A stretch of 64,000 nucleotides of DNA, taken from the NCBI GenBank assembly GCA_965644495.1, contig CBFFSA010000005.1, positions 62,001 through 126,000 of the forward strand. The letters run 5' to 3'. The position numbers and the translations under genes were made by a program. The DNA comes from Perkinsela sp. CCAP 1560/9. Lineage: Eukaryota > Protista > Euglenozoa: Kinetoplastea. This document shows positions 1-11,142 of this stretch, in pieces. Position 1 is the first letter of the stretch, and each line of letters begins with the position of its first letter. Below the pieces are notes generated by a model. The model had not been told where the DNA came from and ran no database searches. It was given only the letters and a program-made list of their open reading frames with translations.

Positions 1-260
1 TTGAGCGGACGCGTTGTCAGATGATGATTTTTCCAATATTAGAACAAGTGATGCGACACTCAACGAAGCAAGATCTGAGGAAAATTCTTCTGAAACAGAA
101 GCAAGCGAATCTTCTGGAACAGATGACTCCAATGAAACTGAGACAGAAGATAGCTCTGCAGGATCCTCGGAATTATCTCATCCGGATGTTTTTCTTGCTG
201 CATTTAACAGATTAGGCTACCTTCATCCTTGCAAAGCTTCCATTAGAAACATTGATTATC

Positions 261-285
261 AAGGTACAGTTTCTGTACCTTGTTG
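261..285 (+). other. 5'-truncated spliced-leader (mini-exon) relic
   Basis: AAGGTACAGTTTCTGTACCTTGTTG matches the 3' 25 nt of the copies at 45591 and 51254 with one mismatch, and carries the kinetoplastid SL core ACAGTTTCTGTAC..TTG. It is followed by GC, not a GT donor. Confidence 0.8.
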
Positions 286-1208
286 GCACATTTTCCTTTA
301 GTTCATCTTTTCTTTCCCCGGCAACGGGCATAGTCTTGCTGTTTTATATGCCCGTTGCCGGCCGGCACTAAGGCCGAAACTGTCCCTCTTTCTCGGCGAA
401 GCAGGGGACGCGTTTCCACCCCTTCACTCCTTCCCGGATCACTCTTTGAATGAGTTTACTTCCCTCCCCGGCTTTCTTACCTTCGCGCCTTTCCTTCCCG
501 GGGAGCCATGCACCACGGTGGCCTCCCTTGAGGACCACTGGGCGTGGCTCTGACTCGTCTTATCGCGAGGCAGCGCTCGGTTGCAGTGCGCCTCTCCGGC
601 TGCGTAAAGAGAGGGCGAGTTGCCTGGACCCCCTCTACCGACAGGGTCCGTGCTAAACGCCCTTGGTGCGACATCCGTCATTACGGATTGAGCCGATTTG
701 CCCTTGTGTAAGATTGTAGGTGCACTTCCTCCAATTTTGAAGAGTGGATGTTAAGCACTCAGCGTCAAAAATGTGTGGAACGAGGAACTTTGGATGCCTT
801 CACCGTGAAACCACAATTACAGGAATTTCAGCGACACCTCCTATGGAAAATCAATCATGGGGTTAGCAATGCTGCTTTGCAGGACCCAAACCTTAAGTGG
901 CTTCTTACGAAGGGACTGCGCTGTGTTCCTGGGGAAAGTACGATCAACAACTTACTCAGCTTTTGACACCCTGAACATGGGGAGCAAGGTCGGGACCTTC
1001 TCGTGGTCTTCCCTGACACTGCCATCTCACTGATGGTACAGACGCCGACCAACTAGTTCTCGGTAAGCTTTTGACACCCTCAACATGGAGCCTCCCTGAG
1101 ACTGCCATCTCAGAAAAGGGTTTTCAACCCCGGAACTGCGAGCCGAACGCCAGGCCCCCGAGATGAGCACCCCTTACAACATCCAATACAATTTTGGGCT
1201 TCTTGAAC

Positions 1209-1307
1209 CCCTTTTAGCCTCCCTTAAAAGTTTCTCCCTTAAAGTTTCTCCCTTAAAAAAGTTTCTCCCTTTAGCCTCCCTTAAAAGTTTCTCCCTTAAA
1301 GTTTCTC
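1209..1307 (+). repeat. Tandem repeat of TTAGCCTCCCTT / AAAGTTTCTCCCTT units
   Basis: About 5 AAAGTTTCTC units and 2 TTTAGCCTCCC units are directly visible. Confidence 0.9.
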
Positions 1308-1317
1308 AAACACTTTA

Positions 1318-1418
1318 AAGTATTTATAGTACTATAAATGGCATTTATAGTACTATTTTTTTTTTGAAATACTATAAACTATATACAGTATATGTATATA
1401 AAGTTTTAGGGACCCCTG
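1318..1418. mobile_element. Probable hAT-type terminus with ACTATA/TATAGT subterminal repeats
   Basis: Ends in GGGACCCCTG (reverse complement CAGGGGTCCC), the same end style and subterminal motif as the hAT element at 17049-19040. The partner end is not in the window. Confidence 0.45.
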
Positions 1419-1826
1419 GTATTTTTTGTGCTAACCAATTGGGCTTTATAAGCTGATTTTCTTATACACGGTATCAGTCTAGATACTTACGCAATTGGCT
1501 TAATATCTTGCTCCGTCGATGTCCTATAATTTCAGTTTGAAAGACTGTTCTACCACTTGACGATCCATCTGAGAGGCATCGGCTAGCGCTCGAATTAACT
1601 GTCTTTTGTTTTCATGTAGCGCTCCTCCAGCTCAGACTGGAAGACACTGATATCGATCGGTGTGGAACATGCCTGATTGTGCGTAAGTCTTCATTTTACG
1701 TTGGATAAAACCGAGGATAAAACCGGGTACGTGGATAGTACCCGGTGAAAAAGTCGCCCCACGTCAAAAAGTACGCTGGGCGCCTAGATGGCAAGTTTGG
1801 GGTGCTATAGGAGTAGGGTGGAGATA

Positions 1827-2346
1827 CTGTGCCCCCCCTAGTTATCTATCACACGTCAACCCCCCTTTGTTATTCTTTTAAACTTTTTTTTATTCTTTTA
1901 GACCGCATAAGAGGGTTGAAACCTATGAAAGACAAAACCCGCATATTTCTCATTGACGTGGCGAAGAAAAATACTCCCCCCTAGTTATCTGTCACACGTC
2001 ACCCCCCCCTAGTTATCTGTCACTTTTTGGCGCTTCGATTTTTTTTCGTCGACTACCCCCCTAGTTATCTGTCACTTTTTAAAAATAGCTAAAATAGCTT
2101 TTTCCAAAAAAAATCATAAAATGAAACTTCCAGTTTTTCTTTTTGTGTTTCAAGTGAATGGTCGTGCGTGGTACTATGATAAACCGTTTCTGTAATTCCA
2201 TGTTCTGACTTTTTTTTGCGACAGACACCCTCCCTAGTTATCTGTCGCACACTGATCCGCCTAGTTATCTGTCACACCCCTACCCCCCCTAGTTATCTGT
2301 CACCTTTTCACGAAGAGTAGTGACAGATAAGTAGGGGGGGGTACAG
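1827..2346 (+). mobile_element. Tc1/mariner-type MITE, family F (CTAGTTATCTGTCAC repeats)
   Basis: TA|CTGTGCCCCCCC ... GGGGGGGGTACAG|TA termini with many internal CCCCTAGTTATCTGTCAC motifs. Homologous to 6300-6620 and 49770-50147. Confidence 0.85.
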
Positions 2347-2419
2347 TACTTCATTGTTCTGGACTCTGCTTTGTCCATCACGAGAATGTCCTAATTACAA
2401 CGTTACTAAAGGTACCTTT

Positions 2420-2720
2420 CCCACGGAATTGTATTTTTCATTAAGACGGGGCCACGGTATACACCGCACGTACCGCCAAGGAGTACACTGAAAACAGTTC
2501 CCCCAATTCACCAGACCTTTCCCCTATAGAAAACCTTTGATCAATGGTCCAAGAGGTAGTGGACGAGCAGAATCCAGGTAAACCTTCACTCATCCGATGC
2601 ACGATGTATACGCAAGGCGTGGTCTCGTTTTCTACAAAAATGATTGATAAAACTTTTTTGAGTTTCGATATTCGCCTCAAAGCGTGTACAAAATTGAATG
2701 GCGAAAAAGCGAAAAAATGA
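2420..2720 (+). pseudogene. Tc1/mariner transposase C-terminal remnant
   Basis: Manual translation IFH*DGATVYT..SPNSPDLSPIENL*SMV..IDKTFLSFDIRLKACTKLNG matches the QDxAxxH / SPDLNPIENLW / RLKACIxxxG Tc1 motifs. In-frame stops at 2442 and 2538. Confidence 0.8.
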
Positions 2721-3112
2721 TAAATGTATTATAAATAAAAACCATCCTTAAAGATATTTTTGATTCCAGTTTTTAGCACGCAAAGTCTTTGTGTTGAGAT
2801 CTTCAAAATGCAACAAAAATCAGCTCAAACGGTCACTTGGCTGCAAAGTTCGTGAGGGCGGGGGTGAATTTTCGCTGTGGAGGGTTTAAATACGTCAATT
2901 TCACAACGTTCGTTTTTGTGAACGCAAGTTCATAAAAAAATCACCCCTCCCCTAGCTCAGCAGCACCCGGATGCACCCACCTGTTTCAACCCTCTTAGTA
3001 GCCTACGGGAATTATCTACTTGAATTTTGACAAAGCTTTAAAGAATACGACTGAATATTCAGCTATTAAATGAATACTCCAGTATCTCACTTCTAAACTA
3101 TTTTACTTCCAC

Positions 3113-4543
3113 ATGTCGTCTTTTAGCTCCATTGTCCCACAGATCGACCCCAACGTACTCCGTACGTTACACACTGAGTTCAAATTCACAAGCCCCACTC
3201 AAATTCAGTCGTCCGCTCTCCCTGCGCTATTATCTGGGCGCAGTTGTAGCGTGCAAGCCGAAACGGGCGGGGGTAAAACGCTCTGCTTTCTTATACCGAT
3301 CGTTTCTCGCTTACAGCAACATAAGCGCAGTGCAGATCCATGTCCATACGCCATCGTACTATCACCCACTCGAGAGCTATCATTACAAACTGAAAAAGTT
3401 TTGGAAAAACTTTTGACGGGGTTCGATGGAAGAATCAAATGGGTCACTGTCATCGGGGGTACGAAAAAGTCACAGGACCACGCTCGGCTGCTGAAGGCCA
3501 ATATTGTCATTGGGTGTCCGGGGCGTGTGTTGGACCACATGCAGTCTTTCACGGCATGGAAATTTCCTTCCCTCAAAGTATTCTGCCTGGATGAGGCAGA
3601 TCGCATTCTTGACAGCGGCTTTGAAGAGCACGTCACCCAAATTCTCTCAAAGCTCCCGAAAACAGATCTCCAGCTCATGCTCTTTTCCGCCACCCAGGAC
3701 CACACAGCACGTGACGCCATGCAACGTGTGATTCAACAATTCGGCACCCTCGAGCACATTTCCACCCACAAGAACGCCTCCGATGTCTGTCACCGTCTCG
3801 CCCACGGCTTCGTCGCGGTCCCCCCGGAACACAAATTCCTCCTGCTCTACACGTTACTCAAAAAATACCACAGGAGTGGACAAAAAGTGCTGGTCTTTGT
3901 GGCCACCTGTAACCAAGTACGCTACTTTGCGGATCTCTTGAACTACCTGGACATCCCGTGTACCCCGCTGCATGGCCAGATGCGGCAGTCGACCCGCACC
4001 TCCACGTTCCACCAGTTCTGTGCGGCCAGCCACGGGGTGACGCTGCTGACTACGGATGTCGCGGCCCGCGGGCTGGACTTCCCCGCGGTGGATTGGGTGG
4101 TCCAGCTGGATGCGCCGGAGAGTGTGACGAAGTATGTCCACCGGGTGGGCCGCACCGCCCGGGGGGAACAGGGCTGTGGCAACGCACTGCTGATGCTGAG
4201 CCCCCAGGAAACGCCGTTTTTGGATTTTTTAACGGCGAAATTGACGAATCCACTGCAGCAGTATGCGATGGATACGAAAAAACTGAATGTGGCACTGCAA
4301 ATGGAGTTGCAATCGCTCGTAGGGAAGAATTACTATTTGAGAAGAAGCGCGCATGAGGCGTATAAGTCGTTTCTGCAGAGCTACGCGACGCACTCGCTGA
4401 AAGTGGTGTTTGACGTGTACGCGTTGGATTTGTCCAAGGTAGCGACGGGGTTCGGGATGGAGACGGCTCCCATTGTGGATTTAGGGTTATCCGAGAGCTC
4501 GTTGAGGAAAAAGCGTGCGAAAAGAGTTCGACATGATGAATAG
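3113..4543 (+). CDS. HAS1: ATP-dependent DEAD-box RNA helicase, HAS1/DDX18 family
   Basis: Motifs AETGGGKT, PTREL, DEAD, SAT, ARGLD and HRVGRTAR. C-terminal KNYYL..SAHEAYKSFLQSYATHSLK.VFDV is typical of Has1. Confidence 0.9.
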   Translation: MSSFSSIVPQIDPNVLRTLHTEFKFTSPTQIQSSALPALLSGRSCSVQAETGGGKTLCFLIPIVSRLQQHKRSADPCPYAIVLSPTRELSLQTEKVLEKLLTGFDGRIKWVTVIGGTKKSQDHARLLKANIVIGCPGRVLDHMQSFTAWKFPSLKVFCLDEADRILDSGFEEHVTQILSKLPKTDLQLMLFSATQDHTARDAMQRVIQQFGTLEHISTHKNASDVCHRLAHGFVAVPPEHKFLLLYTLLKKYHRSGQKVLVFVATCNQVRYFADLLNYLDIPCTPLHGQMRQSTRTSTFHQFCAASHGVTLLTTDVAARGLDFPAVDWVVQLDAPESVTKYVHRVGRTARGEQGCGNALLMLSPQETPFLDFLTAKLTNPLQQYAMDTKKLNVALQMELQSLVGKNYYLRRSAHEAYKSFLQSYATHSLKVVFDVYALDLSKVATGFGMETAPIVDLGLSESSLRKKRAKRVRHDE

Positions 4544-4840
4544 GTGTGACTTCACCAACAGTTGTTTATTGCTTCCGTGGAGATGTCGCATCTATTTTGA
4601 GGAATATACACTCCACAAGATAAAGGGAAGGAGTAAAGATTCACTTACAGAGCTCAAGTACAGAGCGCTGGTTTTTTTAAAGATACGTCTTGTTTACCTA
4701 AAACGTACGTACGATATTTCAAGCTGGTATTCTTGTATGGTGTACTCATGCCGGATTTGAAGGTTCGATTCCTTTAATAATATTTCACTCAGCTTCTTTT
4801 GACCATACCTTTCAAAAAAAGACTTTTCTCTTTTTTCATA

Positions 4841-5038
4841 ATGTCGGCAAAATATGTATTTGCTGGATTAGTTGCGGTGCCCGTCATTATGATCGGGTCG
4901 AAGATAGTTCGAATGAATGCAATCGAAGACTACGAAAAGCACTTGGACATGCACCGTCGAGGGCAATTCTCGTATAAAAGCACGATTTTGCATAAGTATC
5001 ATCTTGATCAACTTCGAAAACTTGCTGATGCGAAATAG
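4841..5038 (+). CDS. Small single-TM hypothetical protein (65 aa), possibly mitochondrial
   Basis: ATG follows a polypyrimidine tract; N-terminal hydrophobic helix; same strand as neighbours. Confidence 0.6.
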   Translation: MSAKYVFAGLVAVPVIMIGSKIVRMNAIEDYEKHLDMHRRGQFSYKSTILHKYHLDQLRKLADAK

Positions 5039-6299
5039 TAGTTGTATTTGAAGAACTCCATTTGGCAGTTTCATGCATTAAGTAATGTTCTTTTTGATTC
5101 CTTAATCTCTTAGGAATTACTTAAAGCATACTTTAGCATACTTGAAGCTAAGCCAGTCTAACTCAAATGGGAGCATATGGAGAACACTTCTTTCTGTTCT
5201 TATGTTGGCGAAATGTTGCAAGTTTGAGAGATTCCGCATCGCGATGGAAGGACCGACGTTTTTGGCTGAAATTACTCAGGAGTATACGAAAATGTATCGA
5301 AGGATACATTTGAGTACTGAAGGATATAATGAGCTATGCATCCTCTTGGATGACGGTCGAGCCGTTTTCGCGTATGTTAGTGCGGTTTGTATGCTTATGG
5401 AGATGTGTTTGGGGCGGGATTCAGGCTCCTCAGCTTAGACTCGAGAATACAAGCTATGCACCATTCTTCTGACGAAATGTCCTTTGACATCAAGTAAAAG
5501 TCTTTATTTATCTTACAGTAAAAGGTCCTATTTACCTAAGTAAAAGGTCTTTCTTTATCTTACACTAGAGTAGACTTTTCTTTACAATTTTGAATTTTCG
5601 ATACATAAACTTTCCGGAATTTGACTTTTTTAATTCGTCAACCTCCAATTCGGAGGTTTGAACTGTACGTGGGGGGGGGGCTGTGAGCCTGTTGGACGTC
5701 CACGTTTCTTCGTACGTGGAGAAGGAGCATTGCCAGCAGAATAAAAGACTATTGGGGACTGCAAGGTCATCGAACGAGCAATGAGTTCGATGAGTGGAGT
5801 GCAGCACGTCCTGTTCGAGGAACGGAAACGCGAAGAAGATGTATCGATTTTTCGTTGAAGAGTCAACGAACTGGCACTCAGTTCATTGAACGTTGAACGA
5901 GCGGTTTTCGGAAACGTTTTTTAGTAAGCAAGGTTAATGGTAAGCGAAACGGTAAGAGCCCTGGCGCGTACCAACAGGGACGGTAAGGACAGAAACAGTA
6001 TCTTTAGGTCTTGAAGGATTAGTGCCTTGCATGTAAGAAAATTTCAGTGCCCAACACATTTTTTTACCAGTCAGTTCTTGTTTTTTTAGCCAGCCAGGTT
6101 GAGCTCTGAGTCTCAGCAAAAAATACTGTATAATATACAGTATTTTTTTGTTCCTTATACTCTAATGCACAAAAAAAGTACTGCCTGTGTACGGGTATTT
6201 AATATCCCTCGTAGTCCGATGCACAACTGACGGAACTCACTTACTCAAATTCTTCGGGGGGGGGAAGACCATAGTTGTCTTGAATGCACTTCATGACGC

Positions 6300-6620
6300 A
6301 AGAAACGAATTACAGAAACGGTTTATCATAGCACCACGCACGACCATTCGCTTGAAACACAAAAAGAAAAATTGTAAGTTTCTTTTTGTGATTTTTTTTT
6401 GGAAACAGCCATTTTACCTACTATTTTTAAAAAGTGACACATAACTAGGGGGGTAGTCGACGAAAAAAAATCGAAGCGCCAAAAAGTGACAGATAACTAG
6501 GGGGGGTGACGTGTGACAGATAACTAGGGGGGAGTACTTTTCTTCGCCACGTCAATGAGAAATATGCGGGTTTTGTCTTTCATAGGTTTCAACCCTCTTA
6601 TGCGGTCTGAAAGAATATAA
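6300..6620 (-). mobile_element. Partial inverted copy of MITE family F
   Basis: Reverse complement of ~1880-2200, with GTGACAGATAACTAGGGG motifs and shared unique spacers. Confidence 0.85.
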
Positions 6621-6698
6621 CCGAGTGATGCCAATACCGGATTTTTCACGACACGAACTCTTTTACTTGTCTCTTCATCCTCTCTCCCCACCACCACC

Positions 6699-7601
6699 AT
6701 GCCCCTTAAACCCCTCCACCGCCCCTGGTTCCGTTTCGCTCTCGGTTTCACCACCGCCCTCACCACCACCACCGCCCTGGTCTACACCCCTGTCCAGGCC
6801 TCCTCCCCTTCCCCCCCTCCCCCTCCCCCTGCCCTCTCCCCCTCCACCTACACCCCCCTCCCCCTCCTCCACGCCACCTACGAGTCCCCGGACACGAAAC
6901 GGCTCCGTCTCGCGCTCCCCGACCCCGACACCCCCGCCCCCACCCCCCCGGCCTGCTGCGTCGTGCTGCGCTACGTGACCCCCGAGGGCACCGAGGTCGT
7001 GCGCCCCTACACCCCCCTGAGCGGCCCCCCCTCCCGCGGCGCCCTCGAGCTCCTGGTGAAGCGCTACCCCGACAGCCGCATGGGGTCCCACCTGTTCGGG
7101 ATGCGGCCCGGGGACGCGGTGGAGGTGAAGGGACCGTTCGTGAAGTTCCCCTACGAGCGGAACAGGTGGAGGGAGGTGGGGATGGTCGCCGCGGGGACGG
7201 GGGTGACCCCGATGGTGCAGCTGATGAGGGCGATCGCAGCGGACCCGGAGGACCGGACCCGGGTGAGGCTGATCTACAGCTGCAGGGGGGAGGAGGATGT
7301 GCTGCTGGCGAGGGAGCTGGCGGAGCTCGGGCGGCGGGAGAATTTCTATGTGTATATTACGTTGTCGAGGCCGAAGAAGGGGTGGAGTGGGGGGCTGGGC
7401 CATGTGAATCCGGATATGATACGGAATGTGCTGCCACAGCCGGGGGCGCGGGATGCGGTGACGCTGGTGTGTGGGCCTCCGGGGTTTATGGAGGCGATAT
7501 CGGGGGACAGGGATTTTACCACCACACCCTCGCGTCAGGGTGCGCTCAGGGGGCTGTTGCGAGAGGCAAAATACGCCCCCCATGAGGTATTTAAGTTTTG
7601 A
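6699..7601 (+). CDS. NADH-cytochrome b5 reductase (mitochondrial-type)
   Basis: Motifs RPYTP, VKRYP..MGSHL, KGP, AAGTGVTPM and CGPPGFM; N-terminal presequence/anchor. Confidence 0.93.
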   Translation: MPLKPLHRPWFRFALGFTTALTTTTALVYTPVQASSPSPPPPPPALSPSTYTPLPLLHATYESPDTKRLRLALPDPDTPAPTPPACCVVLRYVTPEGTEVVRPYTPLSGPPSRGALELLVKRYPDSRMGSHLFGMRPGDAVEVKGPFVKFPYERNRWREVGMVAAGTGVTPMVQLMRAIAADPEDRTRVRLIYSCRGEEDVLLARELAELGRRENFYVYITLSRPKKGWSGGLGHVNPDMIRNVLPQPGARDAVTLVCGPPGFMEAISGDRDFTTTPSRQGALRGLLREAKYAPHEVFKF

Positions 7602-7795
7602 GTGTAGTTTTTGTACATTTTGGAAACTAATACATGGAAAATCAAAACATGTTGGGTCTTAGTAAAACTGAGTCAACGTGATCGGGGCTTGTTTCGATAT
7701 TTCGGTACTGTGATCCCCCCTTTCTTCTAGTCAGTATTTCGTTTAGTTTCTTATGTACATTTTTGCGTGATTACTATCTTGAATTATAGAGGAAA

Positions 7796-8200
7796 ATGTA
7801 CGTGACGAGCGTTTTTCTATGCAGAGAACTTCCCAAAATTCTCAGTGCAGTAGCCACTTCGCCTGTTATAGATCAGGCGAGAAAGGACACAGATCTTGAA
7901 GGCAAACGCAAGCGTCTCCTTTTTCAAAGCACGTACAGGGGAATGGCCGAAATGGATTACTATATTGGAAATTTTGCCACCGCATATTTGCCCACTATGA
8001 CATCCAAGGAACTGAACGAGTGGGATGTGATCCTGCAAACTTCAGATCGCGATTTGTATAAATTCCTAATTATGCGTCAAAAGAAAGAAGTTCCTGAGAC
8101 TTTGCAGTCCAGCTCTGTTTGGAAGAAACTGTTGGAATGTGGACCAGAACTTGTGAACGAAAATATGGACCGCATTAAAATTAACTACAAGCTTACGTAA
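7796..8200 (+). CDS. SDHAF2: Succinate dehydrogenase assembly factor 2 (Sdh5)
   Basis: RKRLLFQSTYRGMAEMD is the Sdh5 signature (RGxxExD). Confidence 0.88.
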   Translation: MYVTSVFLCRELPKILSAVATSPVIDQARKDTDLEGKRKRLLFQSTYRGMAEMDYYIGNFATAYLPTMTSKELNEWDVILQTSDRDLYKFLIMRQKKEVPETLQSSSVWKKLLECGPELVNENMDRIKINYKLT

Positions 8201-8334
8201 GCTTTACGTGAACAGTTTTTATTGGAAGAAAATCCATCATTAATCAGCCGTCCTAAATAGATTCCTCGTCTCATAAAAATCAATTTTTTATTCAAGTTAT
8301 TAGAGGACAAAAGTCGAGATTTTAAATATTTTTC

Positions 8335-8772
8335 ATGGTTCGATTGCGGCCGGGCACCCGAAAGGTACCGACAGGATTCTCTAAAGTCGAGGACCGTTTG
8401 ACAGAATTTGAGGACGAGATGCGCGAGGTTGTGTTAGCACCATCGGGACACGTTCCGAAGTCACAAAGCACGTGGCCTGTGCTTCGTGTGTCGAGAGAGC
8501 GCACACGATATTTATTTCACGCCCACCGGGACGAGGAAATTGACGATGAGACGTTACAATTCTGTATCAACCAAGGCTTTGCGGAGTCCTCTCTGATCGA
8601 TAAATGGTCCACGCGTGGGTATGAATCCCTTTGCTGCGTGCGCTGCATAGATACGAAAAACTCAAATTTCCGGACGGTCTGTCGTTGTCGCGTTCCCCAC
8701 TCTGGAAATAGTGACGATACATTTACAGGTTGTTCCTTATGCGGGTGTAAAGGGTGTTCCTCCGGTAGCTAG
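8335..8772 (+). CDS. BUD31: G10/Bud31 splicing factor
   Basis: LIDKW..GYESLCCVRCI, CRCRVP and CSLCGCKGCSS cysteine cluster. Confidence 0.93.
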   Translation: MVRLRPGTRKVPTGFSKVEDRLTEFEDEMREVVLAPSGHVPKSQSTWPVLRVSRERTRYLFHAHRDEEIDDETLQFCINQGFAESSLIDKWSTRGYESLCCVRCIDTKNSNFRTVCRCRVPHSGNSDDTFTGCSLCGCKGCSSGS

Positions 8773-8996
8773 ATGGCCAGAGAGGGCTAAAAGAAAGGCC
8801 TACTAAACGTTTGTGAGTCAGGCATCTTTTTGTTAGGCGGATGCCTTAGATCTCTTTAATGACATTATTTTAATAGTTCTTCAGCTCTTTTTGTATCAAC
8901 CACTTTTACAAACACATGTTATTTCCTTCGATTCTTTTGATTAGAACCTTGTTTCCTTAAAACGCTTTATCCCCCGAGGAAACTCTACCTACATAA

Positions 8997-9326
8997 ATGG
9001 CAATCAAACGACGTAACCATGGCCGCAGTAAAATGGGCTGTGGCCACACCAAACCGGTCCACTGTGTGAACTGTGGTCGACTCACCCCGAAGGACAAGGC
9101 TGTGAAGCGATTTGTGGTGCGCAACATGGTAGAGGCCGCCGCTGTGCGTGACATCAGTGACGCCAGCGTGGTGTACAACACCAGCACTGTGTTTCTCCCT
9201 AAAGTTTACATGAAACAGCGTTACTGTGTGAGCTGTGCGATTCACCACCGGATTGTGCGGCCCCGAAGCCACACCCTACGTCGCGTGCGCACCCCGCCGG
9301 TACGAGCACGACCGAAGCAAAAGTAA
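8997..9326 (+). CDS. RPS26: 40S ribosomal protein S26 (eS26)
   Basis: [20 protein letters not shown] and YCVSCAIH. Confidence 0.97.
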   Translation: MAIKRRNHGRSKMGCGHTKPVHCVNCGRLTPKDKAVKRFVVRNMVEAAAVRDISDASVVYNTSTVFLPKVYMKQRYCVSCAIHHRIVRPRSHTLRRVRTPPVRARPKQK

Positions 9327-9603
9327 GAGGTAAAATATGGGGTGGGGTGAAATCTTGTTGAAGTAAAGTAGCAAAGGACTTGTGGAAGTGGAAAGGGACC
9401 TGCATGACCCTGTTCTACAAGGAAAGAAGATAGGTGAGAAGAAAGAATGAAAATGTAAAGTTAAAAAACTTATTTCTGTACAACGTACGACAAACTCATA
9501 GGATAAATATCACGTTAAAATGAGAAAATAGTGCTTGACGAAGCATGAACCACAATGAATGAAGTACACTAGATCTTTTCTCTTATTCTTCATACGGTGT
9601 TTT

Positions 9604-10020
9604 ATGTTTACACTCTCATTAAACCGCTTCAAAGCTGCACCTGCGCTGAGTACGAAACGTAAAAAGGGTCCGCCTCCGCTGAAGTTCGGCGCACAACTGA
9701 GTTGTGCGCTTTGCTTCTCGCGGTACCGAACCATGGAGGATTTCACCGCACACAAGACACTCTCCACGCACACCTCCCGTTTGCAGTGGCGGGAAATGGA
9801 GGAGTGGTACAACACAGAGGGGCAGAAATTCCTTCAAGATAAGGAGGAGAAGGAATTTCAGCAATTTGGTAACGAACGAGGAGGGCGACGTTCCCGAATG
9901 AACTTCACCTCGAGGTTTCATCCCGATGTGCTGCCGCCTAAGATTGCCCCGCCTGCCTCAGATATTGTGGAGCCTAAAGATAAGCGGTGGCCTTTTGAGA
10001 CTAGAGCAAAGGGGACATGA
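9604..10020 (+). CDS. Putative mitochondrial protein with a U1/matrin-type C2H2 zinc finger
   Basis: CALC-x12-H-x5-H pattern; basic presequence-like N-terminus. Start placed at the MFTLS ATG after a pyrimidine tract. Confidence 0.7.
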   Translation: MFTLSLNRFKAAPALSTKRKKGPPPLKFGAQLSCALCFSRYRTMEDFTAHKTLSTHTSRLQWREMEEWYNTEGQKFLQDKEEKEFQQFGNERGGRRSRMNFTSRFHPDVLPPKIAPPASDIVEPKDKRWPFETRAKGT

Positions 10021-10226
10021 GGCGAGATTGGTTCTTTGAGTGCTTGGCTTTCTTTTAGTCATGTATTCTTGTAAAATCATTCCTAAGAACCCTTACACAC
10101 ATGCATGTAGAACCAGTTCCAAATTCTCTTAAAAAACGAATTTGTACGAATACCAAGTTGGGCCTATTTACTTGTTTTTTTTTCACAGCCTGTTTTTCTT
10201 TTTGCTACCCCTCTCTCCCCACCTCC

Positions 10227-10784
10227 ATGAGTCAAGACTACGTTGAGTTGTGTTCCCACGTCCTACAATGGCACTGTGCGGCGAACGACAACGCCCAAAC
10301 CAGCCCCCTCCGCACCTCCTTCCACAGCTGTCGCGTCCCCCCGATCAGCATCTCCGACTACGTGAGTCGCATCCAGCGGTACAGCAAGTGCAGCCCGGAG
10401 TGCCTGGTGCTCGCCCTGGTCTATATCGACCGGTTCCTGCGGGAGACGAAAACGAGTCTAAGTTTTTTCAACGCCCACCGGCTGATTCTCATCGCCGTGA
10501 TGGTCGCCGCGAAACTCCGGGATGACATTTACTACAGCAACGGGTACTATGGCCATATTGGGGGGATACCCCGGGAGGAGGTGAATAAACTCGAGCTCAC
10601 GTTCCTGACGACGTGTGACTGGACGCTGTGGGTGGATCCCGAGCTGTTCCGCGCGTATGTCCAGAACTCCATGCGAAAGATCCAACTAAAGCCCACGCCG
10701 CTGGGGGCGGGTTTGCCGATTCCGGCACAGTGTTTAGCCCCGTTTTCGGTGCCTTCTCGTAATGCGCACTTTGTGGATAGATAG
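10227..10784 (+). CDS. PHO80/PREG-like cyclin (kinetoplastid CYC2-like)
   Basis: FH..RVPPISISDYVSRI, LVYIDR, NAHRL, KLRDDIYYSN.YY..IGG and EVNKLE. Confidence 0.9.
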   Translation: MSQDYVELCSHVLQWHCAANDNAQTSPLRTSFHSCRVPPISISDYVSRIQRYSKCSPECLVLALVYIDRFLRETKTSLSFFNAHRLILIAVMVAAKLRDDIYYSNGYYGHIGGIPREEVNKLELTFLTTCDWTLWVDPELFRAYVQNSMRKIQLKPTPLGAGLPIPAQCLAPFSVPSRNAHFVDR

Positions 10785-11142
10785 AGGAATCCAAAAGGTG
10801 TGCTAACCGTACTTACCCCGTGTGAGGAAAAGAGGGGAGAGAAGCTAAGGAAACCTAGGCGTCCCTTTCTCTCCATTGCGGTCCCTAAATACGTGGATCG
10901 TATACAGTGGGACGGAGGGTAACAGTTTACGGATAAGAGCTTTTTGGCTCTAGGTGGATAGTGTGTATAGAGTAAATTCACAAGGTGACAATATACAAGC
11001 ACAATTCTACTAGGATGATTACTCGGAACGAATACGTGAACTTATACGCAATTTTAGTTCGAAACTTTGGTGATCGAAACGACAAAAAAGATTTGATTTC
11101 TTTTTCAAGAGAATATAACTTATGCATTAAATTAATACGAAC

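Larger units (their letters stand above)
261..1307 (+). mobile_element. Internally deleted, decayed SL-headed retroelement (possibly CRE-related)
   Basis: SL relic, then a pyrimidine-rich UTR and hairpin. Fragments KWLL and GRDLLVVFPDTAISL resemble the KWVN and GPDICF..VDV region of the element at 57770-57930. Ends in tandem AAAGTTTCTCCCTT repeats. Confidence 0.45.

Noticed and set aside
360-415. Hammerhead or HDV ribozyme
   Set aside because: A stem plus GAAAC is present, but there is no CUGANGA, and I could not build the HDV nested pseudoknot.
1908-2997. Element bounded by GAGGGTTGAAAC inverted repeats
   Set aside because: The left copy lies inside the family F composite and recurs at ~6586, and the flanks (TAA versus TTA) do not match as a TSD, so the boundaries are unresolved.
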